Shown here: one piece after another, positions 27,431 to 41,179 of the stretch
Layout: each line of letters opens with the position of its first letter
Numbering within the stretch: position 1 is the stretch's first letter
Source: Octopus sinensis
Taxonomy: Eukaryota
Assembly: GCF_006345805.1 (NCBI RefSeq)
Contig: NC_043024.1
Span: forward strand, 5,022,001-5,086,000
DNA length: 64,000 nt
Direction: 5' to 3'
Program-made: the position numbers and the translations under genes
The notes under the pieces: model-generated
Database searches by the model: none
The model's input: only the letters and a program-made list of their open reading frames with translations
What the model was told of the DNA's origin: nothing

Positions 27431-28024
27431 TATATATATATATATATATATATATCTATATATATAATATGAGACTACAGGAGTAGTTGAAAGCGCTATA
27501 TGAAGTAATAATATGTGATATGTAAATAAATATCTATTTTTACAACCATCCAGCATTCTGAACATCTTTTTTCTTTATATATATACATACACACATACAC
27601 ACAATGATAAATTGATAGATAAAACTTAGTTGGCAAACCAAAATATGAGACACCCCTAGTGCTTTTTTTTTATTGATAAGCCTGGTACTTATTCTATCAG
27701 TTTCTTCTTATGAAACCAGTAAGTAATGGGTTTGTAAATAAACAAACAGCAGTGATGAGGGAGAAACACAGAGACAAAGACACACACATAGACTTACATA
27801 TATTCGTACATATATATACGATTGATTTCTTTCAGTTTCTGTCTACAAAATCGACTGACAAGGCTTTGGTTGGTCTGAGGCTATAGCAAAAGACACATGC
27901 CAAGTCAACACACCGTATGACTGAACCCAGGACTGTGTGTTTGGGAACCAAATTTGCTACTGTACAGCCACACCTGCACCTATATATATGTGTGTGAATG
28001 TATGGGCGAATATATATATACAGA

Positions 28025-30303
28025 GGGACCAGCTATCCAAGTTCCGTGGTAGCTAAGGCAATTAGAAGCACGAAGACAGGGAAAGCCCCAGGCCCATCAG
28101 GAATTACTGCAGAGATGCTCAAAATATCTGGCAGTGTCCGCTATAACCTAGTCACCCGTATAGTCAACCAGGTGATACACGAAGGAGTCATTCCCAATGA
28201 CTGGTGTAGCAGCATAATAGTCAACTGCTACAAGGGTAAAGGTGACGCCCTAGATACAAATAACTACAGGGGTATCAAGCTGCTAGATCAGGTAATGAAG
28301 GTTACGGAGAGGGTTATAGCCCAACAAATTAGAGAGAGAGTTAGCTTAGATCAGATGCAGTTTGGGTTCGTGCCAGGGAAAAGTACTACTGATGCTATAT
28401 TCCGGGTAAGACAGCTGCAGGAGAAATACCTAGCCAAAGACAAACCCCTATACCTGGCTTTTGTTGATATGGAGAAAGCCTTCGACAGGGTCCCCCGATC
28501 CCTTATCTGGTGGTCAATGAGGAAACTAGGGATAGATGAATGGTTAGTGAGAGCTGTACAAGCCATGTACAGAGACGCTGCTAGTAAGGTGAGGGTTGGC
28601 ATCGAGTACAGTGAAGAATTCAGGGTAGTGGTTGGGGTCCACCAAGGTTCAGTCCTCAGCCCCCTCCTATTTATCATAGTCCTCCAGGCAATAACGGAGG
28701 GATTCAAGACTGGATGCCCCTGGGAGCTCCTCTATGCTGATGACCTTGCTCTAATTGCTGAGTCTCTATCAGAACTGGAGGAGAAGTTTCAGGTATGGAA
28801 GCAAGGTTTAGAATCGAAGGGCCTTAGAATCAACCTAGCCAAAACCAAAGTACTAATAAGTAGAAAGGTAGACAATCCACAAATATCCTCGGGAAGATGG
28901 CCTTGCTCGATCTGTAGAAAAGGTGTAGGTAGAAACTCTATAAGATGTACCCAGTGTAAGCTATGGACACATAAGAGGTGCAGCAATGTCAAAGGTAGGC
29001 TAACTGGGAAGATAGTTTTTGTATGTGGCAGATGCTCGGGAGCATTGACCTCCGAAAATCTGCAGAAAACAACTTCCGTCACTTTCCGGGGGGAAAAACT
29101 AGAAGTAGTTGATAGCTTCCACTATCTAGGTGACCAAGTCAGTAGTGGGGGTGGGTGCGCTGAAAGTGTAACTGCTAGAATAAGAATAGCCTGGGCAAAG
29201 TTTAGGGAGCTCTTACCTCTGCTGGTGACTAAAGGCCTCTCGCTCAGAGTAAAAGGCAGACTGTATGATGCATGTGTACGAACAGCTATGCTACATGGCA
29301 GTGAAACATGGGCCGTGACTGCTGAGGACATGCGTAAGCTCGTGAGGAATGAAGCCAGTATGCTCCGATGGATGTGTAATGTCAGTGTACTTACTCGACA
29401 GAGCGTTAGTACCTTGAGAGAAATGTTTACCTAAGAAGCATCAGTTGTGTTGTGCAAGAGAGACGATTGCGCTGGTATGGTCATGTGGCGAGAATGGATG
29501 AAGATAGGTGTGTGAGAAAGTGCCAATCCCTAACATTTGAGGGAACCCGTGGAAGAGGTAGACCCAGGAAAACCTGGGACGAGGTGGTGAAGCACGACCT
29601 TTGGACGTTAGGTCTCACCATGGAAATGACTAGAGACCGAGACCTATGGAAGTATGCTGTGCGTGAGAAGACCCGGCAAGACTAGTGAAGCCATAACCCA
29701 TGGCCCCTACCTGGGACGTAGTCAGTCCACCTGTGCATACCTTCCCTCTTGTGACACTTGTGAAGACCTGTTGAGGCAAGTGAAAATCAAAATCAAAATC
29801 AAACCAAATCAAAATAGATGAACATCAATGGAATTTGTATCCTTGTGGTACCAGTGCCGGTGGAACATAAGAAAACCATCCGAACGTGACTGTAGCCAGT
29901 ACCGCATCATCTGGCCTCCGTGCTAAGGGCACGTAACAAACACCATCCGAGCATGGCCGTTCGCCAGCTTCGTCTGGCACCTGTGTCGGTGGCACATAAA
30001 AAACACCATCCGAGCGTGGCCGTCTGCCAGCCTCGTCTGGCACCTGTGTCGGTGGCACATAAAAAACACCATCTGAGCGTGGCCGTCCGCCAGCCTCATC
30101 TGGCACCTGTGTCGGTGGCACATAAAATCACCCACTACACTCTCGGAGTGGTTGGCGTTAGGAAGGGCATCCAGCTGTAGAAACACTGCCAGATCTGACT
30201 GGCCTGGTGCAGCCTTCAGGCTTGCCAGACCCCAGTTGAACCGTCCAACCCATGCTAGCATGGAAAGCGGACGTTAAACGATGATGATGATGATGAGGAT
30301 GAT
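28025..30303 (+). mobile_element. RTE-clade LINE, 5'-truncated, RT with intact YADD, long 3' UTR and (GAT)n tail
   Basis: ORF 27998..29434 has KAPGPSG, NYRGIKL, QFGFVPGKST, FVDMEKAFDRV, GVHQGSVLSPLLF, LLYADD and a Cys-rich insert (CSIC..CTQC..HKRC..CGRC). The frameshifted C-terminus is 29452..29685. The listed ATG lies in the upstream microsatellite. Confidence 0.93.
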
Positions 30304-30485
30304 GCATGTATATATGTGTACAGATTACATGTATATGTATATATGTGTATATATATGTGTACATATTATATATACATATATATATATATATATGTGTGTG
30401 TACATATTACATGTACATGTATATATATATATATATGTTGTGGTGTGTATATATGTGTACATATTACATGTATATATATATATAT

Positions 30486-30527
<42 letters not shown>

Positions 30528-30584
30528 GTGTATGTATATATATATAGTATGTATATATATATATGTGTATTTATATATTGTATG

Positions 30585-30631
<47 letters not shown>

Positions 30632-30890
30632 TATATATATATATATATATTATATAGTATGTAGTATGTATATATATATATATATGTGTATATATATATA
30701 TATATAGGTATGTATATATATATGTATGTATATATATATATATGTATGTATATATATGTATATATGTGTATATATATGTGTACATATTACATGTACATTT
30801 ATATATATATATATGTATGTATATATATGTATATATGTGTATATATATGTGTACATATTACATGTACATTTATATATATATATATGTATC
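30304..30890. repeat. Compound (TA)n/(TATG)n microsatellite
   Basis: Directly visible. Similar tracts at 34320-34620, 36355-36520, 39826-40010, 40545-40820, 40960-41170, 41700-41930 and 44905-45170. Confidence 0.97.
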
Positions 30891-31125
30891 TTGGAAATAT
30901 ATCTAAGATATGGCAGGAAGAAAATGTGCTTAATGACTGGAAAGAGAGACTTCTCGTAAAATTGCCAAAAAAAGGTGATTTAAGCTTTTGCGAAAATTAT
31001 AGAGGGATTATGCTATTATCGGCTCCTGGAAAAGATTTTAACAGGATACTTTTAGAGTGGATGAGGACAGCAGTTGACAAATTGTTGCATAAAGAATAAG
31101 CAGGATTTAGGAAGAACCGTTCAAG
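30890..31125 (+). mobile_element. Non-LTR RT fragment (RTE-like)
   Basis: [43 protein letters not shown]. Confidence 0.75.
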
Positions 31126-31249
31126 AAGATGATGATGATTATGACGACGACGACGACGATGATGATGATGATGAAGAAGAAGAAGAAAGAGAAGGGAGAA
31201 TATGAATGAGTGAAAGTAGTGAGGTGTTGCATGACTTAAAGTTTGCACA

Positions 31250-32910
31250 TTATGTGTTATAGCTGTGATTGGGGCTAATTTTTAATGGAATCTTAGGAAT
31301 GTAATATTTGCGTGTGTATTTGTGTTATTCTAAAGCCGAAGTGAATATATCGTTTGTCGTAGACCCGATCAGAAAGGGCCTGTATTTCGTAATAAAGAGA
31401 GTTTCTTTACTTATTCGTTGGCTCGAGGTTGTATCGTCTCTGAATTGGTAGAGGGGGAAAATCCTGAAGCTTGGAGTTTTGTTGTTGGCGCAAATATCTG
31501 TGTTGGCTGAATGCTATTTTTCTGTTTTGGGGAATTTTTATCTGGGATCTGTGCAGGGCCATTCTTTTATGCAGACTATTTTTTGTTTGGCCTATTTATT
31601 GCTCTTGACACCCAGAGCAGGTTAGTGTGTGTATTAGGTTCTCTGAAGCACATGTGAAGTTGCTTTTCACTGTAAACCGTTGTCCCTGTTTGAAGGAGAA
31701 TTCTGATCCCTTAATTAGATAATCGCATATCCCACAATTGGGTCTTCCACATTTTTTTACTGTCGGCTTCTGTGTTGATGAGCGTATTCGGGCTTGTGTT
31801 AGGAGACTTTCCATAGATTTAGGCTGTCTCTTGCATTTTATGATCGTGTGTGTTTGGAGGATTATGTTCATTCTGTGGTCTTTTTTTAGGAGGGGTATGT
31901 TTTGGAGGATGGTGTCGAAGGCTTCATTGTTGAGAGGTTGTGTGTGGAGATGTATGGTAAGGCTTTTGGTCGTAAATTTTTCTTTGATTTGGGATGTTTG
32001 AGTTGAAGGGCACGTTAAAATGCATATGTCAATAAGTGAAGGTGGGTATTCCTGGTGATAAGGGTATCTTTTAGTTCTTGTAGTCGTATGTCTCTGGTGT
32101 TTGCATTCGAAACTATAGTACATATCCTTTTTGCTAGATTGAAGGGGATATTCATTCTGGTGTGTCTGGGGTGGCATGAATTGAATGGAAGATATTGCTT
32201 AGAATCTGTAGGCTTATAGTATATATCTGTTTCTATTACATTATTAGATTTCTTAATGAGGATATCGAGGAAGGGGAGTTGTTGCTGGCTATATTCCATC
32301 GTGAATTGGATGTTTACATCCAGTCCATTTAAAATTGCTTGGAATTCTTTGAGTTTCTCTATATTTTCATGCCAAAGAATGAAACAGTCATCTAGACATC
32401 TCTTCCAGTTGTTTTCTATGAAGAGGGAGAAAGGGCTGCCATATCTTTCTAGAACCTTACAATACAGACTAATTTCTAGATATCCCATGACTAGGTTGGC
32501 AAAGGAGGGGGCCATTCGTGTACCCATCGCAGTCCCTGATTTTTGTCAGTAGAAGTTGTCTTTGAAGGCGAAGAAGTTATTTTCCAGGATGAATTTAACC
32601 CCTTCTATCACAAATTCTTTTTTGATGCGATGTGGGAGTTCGTTGGCGTGATTCTCTAACCAGAATTGAATTGCCTCTATTCCTAGGTTGCGGGGGATAT
32701 TGGAATAGAGGTTGACTACATCGAAGGATACTAGCAGGGTGTTTTTGTTTATAATATTAGGTAGGTGATTGAGCATATCCAGGTCATCCCTTATATAGCT
32801 TTTGACATGTTTGAGGAGTGGTTTTAACAGGGTGTCTAAAAAGTTACTGAGGCGGTGGGTTTCGCATGCGGGACCTGCTATTATGGGTTTCAGTTTGAGG
32901 TCGTTAGGAA
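31250..32910 (-). mobile_element. Second Penelope-like element, truncated and pseudogenised
   Basis: ORFs 32546..32776, 32015..32527 and 31596..32177 give RT (WKRCLDDCF, YYKPTDSKQYL) and GIY-YIG (KCGRPNCGIC, TCSGCQEQ*IGQT, with the YIG Tyr codon turned to stop). Related to but diverged from the 37-39 kb element. Confidence 0.9.
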
Positions 32911-33624
32911 TAGGGACTTTAATTTAATATATATATATAATTATATTAATTTTCACCAGACATCCTCCTACACCCTCTTCTACTTAACTATTGGTGGGTT
33001 GATGGTATAATCTTATTGATTAATGAATTGATTGACTGATTATTTTTATTTACAGAGAGCTTAAGAAATATTTCCCCCGGATTACTAAAAATATAGATAT
33101 TCGAGTGGCCCCTTGGGCAAGTGTCTTCTACTATTTCCTCAGGCTCACGAAAGCCTTGAGTGGATCGGGTAGATGGAAACTGAAAGGAAGCTCTGTGTGT
33201 GTATGTGTGTGTGTATCTTTGTGTTTGTAGCCTATTACCGTTTAACAACAGGTGTTGGTGTGTTTATGTCCTGGTTTTGCCAAAAAGGCCGATAGAATAA
33301 AAACTAGGCTGAAAAAAATAAGTAGTAATTATCAGATTTCAAAAAATGTATCCAAACTGACATTTAATTTGTTGGCGACTGAAGTAAAATAACTGGTTTC
33401 TTCCTTTTGATACCTTTTAGAAGGTTCCAACAATCTGGAATTTTGGAATACGCTTTTGAGCGATCAGCATCCGGCTTAAACGCCACGGTTTGCCGCAAGC
33501 ACCGATATTACTGACACAGATCCCACCTTTATTTTAACAAATTAGCTTGCGGTTTACATGTAGTAGTAGTAATGATAATGATGATGATGATGATCATCAT
33601 CATCATCTTCTTCTTCTTCTTCCC

Positions 33625-33712
33625 TACCAATTTCATTTGGATCGATGCAGCAGTTTTCAAATGTATAAGTAACACACGAACACACATAAAGACATTGACT
33701 TTTATATAATAG
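33625..33712 (-). mobile_element. Helitron 5'-end fragment
   Basis: Matches 26785-26870 (gcagcagttttcaaatgtataagtaacac...atataatagat). Confidence 0.7.
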
Positions 33713-33774
33713 ATATGAATATGCATATATACCTAATGTATATATGTGTGTGTATATTATATATATATATCATC

Positions 33775-34180
33775 ATCATCAGTTGGGGCTGCGCTGGCAA
33801 CAGCCACGTTCGGATGGATCTCTTACGTGCCACCGGCACTGGTATCACAACTACAATTTCCATTGATGTTGATTGATTTCGATTTTGATTTTGATTTTCA
33901 CTTGCCTCAACAAGTCTTCACAAATAGAGTTTTGTGTCCCAAGAAGGAAAGGTATGCATAAGTGGACTGGCTACATCCCTGGTAGAGGCCACGGGTTATG
34001 GTCTCACTTGTCCTGCTGGGTCTTCTCACGCACAGCATACTTCCAAAGGTCTTGGTCACTAGTCATTTCCTCAGTGAGACCTAATGTTCGAAGGTCATGC
34101 TTCACCACCTCATCCCAGGTTTTCCTGGGTCTACTTCTTCCACAGGTTCCCTCAACTGCTAGGGTGTGGCACTTTTTCAA
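33775..34180 (-). mobile_element. RTE 3'-end fragment
   Basis: Reverse-strand KCHTLAVEGTCGRSRPRKTWDEVVKHDLR plus 3' UTR. Confidence 0.8.
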
Positions 34181-34779
34181 TATATATATATATATATATA
34201 TAGGCACAGGAGTGGCTGTGTGGTAAGTAGCTTGTTTACCAACCACATGGTTCCGGGTTCAGTCCCACTGCGTGGTACCTTGGGCAGGTGTCTTCTACTA
34301 TAGCCTCGGGCCGACAGAAAGTCACACATACATATATACATATGCATACACACACTCACACACACACACACACACACTCACACACACACACACACACACA
34401 TATATGTATACATGCAACAAGCTTCCTTTCAGTTTCCATCTACCAAATCCACTCACAAAGTTTTGGTCAGTCCGAGGCTACAGTGGAAGACACTCGCCCA
34501 ACATATATGTATATATATATATATATTATGCATATACATACATACATACATACACACACATACATACATACATACATACATACATACATACATACATAAA
34601 TACATACATACATACATAGGCACGGATGTATGGGAAGAAGTATCCTTCTCAACCATATGGTTCCGGGTTCACTTCATGGCACCTTGGGCGAGTGTCTTCC
34701 ACTGTAGCCTCGGACTGAATAAAGCTTTGTGAGTGGATTTGGTAGATGGAAACTGAAAGGAAGCTTGTTGCGTGTATAC

Positions 34780-34811
<32 letters not shown>

Positions 34812-35419
34812 AAGTGTGTTCGCGTGTGTGTGTGTGTGTGAGTGTGTGTGTATGTATATGTATATGTATGTGTGACTTTCTGTCGGTTCGTCCCTGGCGT
34901 TGCTTTCTTTACATCCATGTAACTTAGCGGTTGAATAATTTACCAGGCTGTAAAAAATAAGTCAATTCATTCGACTAAAATTTCTTGAAGGCGGTGCCCC
35001 AGCATGGACGCAGTCTAATGTCAAAATATACAAAAGATTCATAAAACACAAGTCATTCAAATGAATAAATATATTAAAGAAATTTTTTTAAATTACGAAA
35101 ATTGCTAAACAAATATTTTCAGTTTTGATATGCATATATGTGTGGCAATAACTGCATGTATGTATGTTGGTGCCAGTTGGTTACTGTTTGTGTGTGGTGT
35201 GTGTGTGTGTGTGTGTTTTTAATGTGGCTCTGAGAAGTCAGCAGCTACAGTGGGTGGGTGTAGCCATGCGTGCCTGTGTGTTTAGATGGACGGATCAATA
35301 GGTAGTTAGAAGGAGTTTGAAGGGTGTGTGGCTGTGTGTGTGTATTGACATGTGTGCACAGACGGAGTGGGAATGTGTGTGTGTGTGTATATGTCTCCCT
35401 CTCTTTGTCACTTTATCTC

Positions 35420-36340
35420 TCTGTGATGCATCGAAGACTATTGGTCTTACTGTCAATATCAAGAAAACTGAGCTTCTGTATATTTTGATGGAAAACATTA
35501 AAAACTGTTTCCCCTTTCACTCGTCTTCGATCCATCGAGTCCAATGATGCGAAAATGGATCAAGAAATCGATTCCAGAATCGGAAAATCACAGGCTATGA
35601 AACAACAACAAGGTATCGTAAATGGTGAAAGTTAATGTAAGACGGTTGTCTTGACAACATTGCCTTATGGTGCTGAATCTTGGACTTTGTACCAAAAGCA
35701 CATCAACCAGCTTGACGCTTTTCATATGCAATGCGTGCGTACTACCTCCAACATGAAACTGAGCGACCATATTCCTAACAGTGAGGTACGATCAGAATGC
35801 AACATATCAGGTATTAAATTCATCCTCATCAAAATACAGTTTAGATAGTTAGGTCATCTCTCACGTATTCTGAAGCAACTTCTCTTTGGCCAATTCCTGT
35901 CAGGAAAGTCAGTTGGAAGGCCATTCCTGCGCTTCAAAGACAAACTAAAAGACAATCTCAAACGATGCAATGTTCCCTTTTCTTCTTCCTGGGAAACCAA
36001 AGCACCACATCGCAAGGACCTAGCATTAGTCCTGCTTCTTCTAAGGTTTGAGAAAAATCGAATCCAACACCGGGAACAAGTTTGTGCAAGCATGAAGACA
36101 CGCTGGCAAAACAGTTCCTCTAAATAGAAATCTTAGCATCATTGTGGTTTTGTGGCACGAAGCAAAGCAGGCTTTATTGTCCACTCGAGAAAACACATGG
36201 TAAATGATCCAGAAGCACTGAAAGAAGGTGAGCACTCAACTTGTTTTGTTTGCAAGACACCAGGGGGCATGAAGAGACACATTCGCGTCCAAAGAACATG
36301 GTTCACGGTTTATTTGTCGTTCGCGACAAGATATCATCTT
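35420..36340 (+). mobile_element. Degraded RTE/BovB-like LINE 3' portion
   Basis: ASKTIGLTVNIKKTE, LPYGAESWTLYQKHINQLDAFHMQC, and a C-terminal C/H finger remnant ([17 protein letters not shown]), with many frameshifts. Confidence 0.75.
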
Positions 36341-36355
36341 GTTTGTATATATTTG

Positions 36356-36408
<53 letters not shown>

Positions 36409-36548
36409 TATACATGCATATATATATATATATATATGTATGTATATATGTATATATAATACACATATATATATGTATATATATATGTATGTATATATAT
36501 ATATATATATATATATTTATAATAGGATTAGCTCGTATACGAGTAGGT

Positions 36549-39500
36549 ATATTTGTAAAAAATGAAGTTCGAAATGCTGCTGTATTATACAATTTTTAAT
36601 TTTTATATATACATTATAACATGTTTCAGTTTCCTGAAATGAACCTTATCAAAAAAATTATATATAAAAAGAGACAGCTCATGCCGTCAAACACAAGAAA
36701 TTCATTTATAATACACAACGGAGTCAGACATCTTAGAGTTCATGTATGTGATATATAGTTCATGTATAGTTGATATATAGTTTGAAGTATATGTTCAAAG
36801 TGTTCGATGCAGTGGCCCACGGTGGCGATACGTATTCAATACAAAAAACAGATCAAAGTGGTGGAAAGCGGTCAATACAGAAGATTGATGTTTCCGAAAG
36901 AGCGAGGAATTCATTTTTACCTTAAGCAATTGTGATGACCCATGGTGGAAGTTCGCTGGGTGGTTCTAGTGAGTTTTTGTGAAATGCTCGGTTTTATAAT
37001 GCCTGTTAGGTGGTCAATCTAGCGTAGCGTGACGTCATCAATGTTTTGACCAATCGTTTCGTTAGGTGGCTTTAATCAAGTGGAACGGGACGTCATCATT
37101 ATTTTGACCAATCGCTGCATTATAACTCCCTCTTGTTTGTTTCCTGTCTTCGTTAGTCAAGCATAGCGGGACATCATCCAGATTCTGCCCAATCACGACT
37201 TATAGCTACATTAGATCTGCCCCCTGTCTGTACTTGTTAGGTGACTATTCAAGCAGAAAAGGACGTCATCAATATTCTGACTAATGACTGTCCCCTGTTT
37301 GTATCCTGTCCATTCTAGCAGAGCTAGACGTCATCAACTTGTTGACCAATCAGAATCGGGTCTGACCCATAGCTGTATCGTATGTATCAGGGTCAGATTT
37401 GCACGAAAGAATTTTTTTCCTTTTTTACTAAGGCATATTTCCGTCAGAGTGAGTGTCTGTTTGAAGTAGCGGCCGTGGTGAATTTCGCTTCTCCTTTTCG
37501 GAGGACTTATCTTTTGTTTTAGTATTCCTGGCCCAGGGTGTTTAAACTTGGTCTAAATTTTTTTATGAAATATTGTTCTTTATTTTGGCGTTGTGTGAAG
37601 GTTGCGCTGTCACTGAATTATAGAGCGGGTAGTTGTAAATTTCGGATTTACATTTCCAGCACATCTATCTATGTGTCCGCTGACCGGTATTTTGCGGTAT
37701 TCAGGGTTTTTAATTTGTGATTTATGCACCGCCATCCTGTTACGTAAGCTATTTTTTGTATGGCCATATACTGCCTATTGCAGCCTGCGCATGTTATGAC
37801 GTAAATTAAGTTTTCTGATGCGCAGGTGAAGTTTGTTCTAATGGTGAACTGGTGGCCTTGTTCCAGTATAAATTCTGATCCTTCTTCAAGATGACACAGA
37901 TTCCGCAGTTGGGCCTTCCACATTTTCTAACTGCTGGTTTTGTGGTTGATGTTGAGTGCAGTTTAGCTTGGGTTAAAATCCTTTTCAAGGATTTTGGTTG
38001 CCGTTTACTTTAATGATGGTGTGTGTTTCGAGGATCCGGTTCATCTTGGGTCTCCCTTTAGTAGGGCTGTGCTTTGTAGCATGGTGTTGAAGGCCTCATT
38101 GTTGAGTGGGTTGTGTGTAGAGATGTAGGGAAGGGTTTTTAATTGTTCTTTCTTTTTTGGTTTTGTTTGTCTCAGGTCTTCTATACTTAATTTAAGTACC
38201 CGTTGGATTGCACTGTCTATTAGGGGCTGTGGATAGTTTCTATTTGTGAGTGTGGTTCTAAGTTCCTGGAGACGTGTGTGTCGGGTGTTTGTGTCTGATA
38301 TTATGGTGCAAATCCTTCTAGCTAAACAAAAAGGGACATTCATTCTAGTGTGTCGTGGGTGGCATGAATCAAAGGGTAGGTACTGTTTAGAGTCTGTCGG
38401 TTTATAGTAGATATCTGTCTCTATTTTGTTGCCGGTTTTCTTAATGAGGATGTCTAAAAATGGTAATTCTTTTTCGTTGTGGTCCATCGTGAATTGTATA
38501 TTGTCATTTATTCCATTTAATAGAATTTTAAATTCCTCAAGTTTCTCTATGCCTTTGTCCCAGATGATGAAACAGTCATCGAGGTATCTTTTCCAGTTGT
38601 TATGGATATAGGTGGCGAAGGTGTTTCCATATTTCTCGAGTGTCATCCGGTATAGTATTTTCTCGAGGTATCCCATCACTAGGTTGGCAAAAGATGGTGC
38701 AGTACGCGTGCCCATCGCTGTTCCCGATCTTTGCCTGTAGAAATCATTGTCAAAAATAAAATAATTGTTCTCTAAAATGAATCTAAGTCCTTCTATTATA
38801 AGGTCTTTGTTTATGCGAGTTGGGAGTTCAAAGGGGTAGTTATTCAGCCAGAAGGTGATTGCTTCTATTCCTAGGTTGTGAGGGATGTTAGAATAAAGAT
38901 TAACTACGTCGAATGATACTAGAAGGGTTTTCTCATTGACTGTTTTAGGGAGGTGGTTGAGCATATCTATATCGTCTCTTACGTAGCTTTTGATGTGTTT
39001 TAGGAAAGGTTTAAGAAGTGTGTCTAAGAAATTGTTGAGGCGGTGAGTTTCACATGCTGGCCCTGCTATTATCGGTCTTAGTTTAAGATCATTTGGTGAA
39101 GGGATTTTGATGAGTGTGTCGGTGGATGTTTTGCACGTTTCTCTAATGGTTTGGCTTTTGTGTACCTTAGGGATACCATAGAACAAACTCGATTTGCATT
39201 TGAAGTTAGTAAGCGACTGGTCAAGACAGGAAACAAACAAGAGGGAGTTATAATGCAGCGATTGGTCAAAATAATGATGACGTCCCGTTCCACTTGATTA
39301 AAGCCACCTAACGAAACGATTGGTCAAAACATTGATGACGTCACGCTATGCTAGATTGACCACCTAACAGGCATTATAAAACCGAGCATTTCACAAAAAC
39401 TCACTAGAACCACCCAGCGAACTTCCACCATGGGTCATCACAATTGCTTAAGGTAAAAATGAATTCCTCGCTCTTTCGGAAACATCAATCTTCTGTATTG

Positions 39501-39825
39501 ACCGCTTTCCACCACTTTGATCTGTTTTTTGTATTGAATACGTATCGCCACCGTGGGCCACTGCATCGAACACTTTGAACATATACTTCAAACTATATAT
39601 CAACTATACATGAACTATATATCAACTATACATGAACTCTAAGATGTCTGACTCCGTTGTGTATTATAAATGAATTTCTTGTGTTTGACGGCATGAGCTG
39701 TCTCTTTTTATATATAACTTTTTTTGATAAGGTTCATTTCAGGAACTGAAACATGTTATAATGTATATATAAAAATTAAAAATTGTATAATACAGCAGCA
39801 TTTTCGAACTTCATTTTTTACAAAT
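36549..39825 (-). mobile_element. Penelope-like retroelement (RT + GIY-YIG) with inverted pseudo-LTRs, 5'-truncated and frameshifted
   Basis: ORF 38041..39240 has PLE RT motifs (SFDVVNLYSNIP, GTAMGTRTAPSFANL, WKRYLDDCF, LPFLDI, YYKPTDSKQYL). A frameshifted GIY-YIG follows (CGRPNCGIC...FTCASENLIYVITCAGC..QYIG). 36549-37150 and 39223-39825 are reverse complements. Confidence 0.92.
37030..37350 (+). promoter_or_regulatory. Five CRE-like (GACGTCA) + CCAAT modules at fixed spacing in the pseudo-LTR
   Basis: GACGTCA/GACATCA at 37031, 37089, 37170, 37262, 37327, each followed exactly 19 nt later by CCAAT (CTAAT once). Confidence 0.6.
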
Positions 39826-39831
39826 ATATAT

Positions 39832-39927
<96 letters not shown>

Positions 39928-40554
39928 ATATATATACATATATACACACACACACACATATATATATACATACATACATATATATGTATATAAATATATA
40001 TACATATTTACATCATCGTAACTTAGCAATTCGACAGAAGGAGAACGAGGGAATGAGTAGCAGTCTGAAGAGAGATAAGCCCAGCCGTCGATGAGTGTGA
40101 GTAAACACGTTAATGTGGTGCTCCAGCATGGCAGTTGCCCAAGAATTGAAACAAGTAAACGACGGACGATAAAATCTATTTTGTAAGTAAATTGTGTCAA
40201 GGGAGAGAACTCTTAAATATTAACCATCTATATTTAAGAGTAGTCTCCCTTAAGAAGTTAAATTTAGAAAGTGGCAGTCAAGCTGCTACGCATTGTTTAG
40301 GGGAGATAACTCCCATACAATATATTTGTGAGTAGTCTCCCTTAACACCAAACGTTTTGCTAGCGTTATAGTGCAGAGGGTGAGGGATGGAGATGGAGAG
40401 AGACCGACAGACAACAGTCGGACAGACACGTAAATCGGTGAGTGAAGGATAGACACATATTCTGTGTCATTCCATAAATAATGCGGGTTTTTAAAAAAAA
40501 ATTATTTTTCAAAATTAAGATAGGCAGTGTTTTTTTTAATCTAAAAGTTTCTAC

Positions 40555-40592
<38 letters not shown>

Positions 40593-40678
40593 ATAGGCAT
40601 ATATATATGTCTGTATATATACGTATATATGTGTGTATGTATCTATATATATATATGCATACATACATTCATATATAC

Positions 40679-40726
<48 letters not shown>

Positions 40727-40823
40727 TATACATATATATATATATATACAAATATATACATATATATATGTGTGTGTGTGTATATATGAATGTATGTATG
40801 TATGCATATATATACATACACAC

Positions 40824-40954
40824 GAACGGGAACGTGAAACTCAGAGTAACAGGTTTTGTTGAATTTTCTGCTGCTTTAAATAAAGCATATTACTCTACCC
40901 CTGGTATTTGAGTACTCCTTTTTCCACCTTGTTTCACATTCATGTGTTTACTCC

Positions 40955-40960
<6 letters not shown>
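40824..40960 (+). mobile_element. 5'-truncated copy of the second hammerhead family
   Basis: ga-acg-ggaa-cgt-GAAACTCAGAGTA-acagg, then a tail matching 1257-1385 (ttttgttgaattttctgctgc...gtttactccggtatata). CTGAT is lost at the junction; TA microsatellites flank it. Confidence 0.75.
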
Positions 40961-40999
<39 letters not shown>

Positions 41000-41179
41000 G
41001 TATATATGCGTGTGTATACATATACATATATATATATATGTATATATGCGTGTGTATGTGTGAGTGTATACATATACATATATATACAAAATTTACTTGG
41101 AAGAGGATGCGTGACGTATGTTGTGTGTGTGTGTGTATATATATATGTATGTATTATGTATGAATGTATGGAGGTATAT

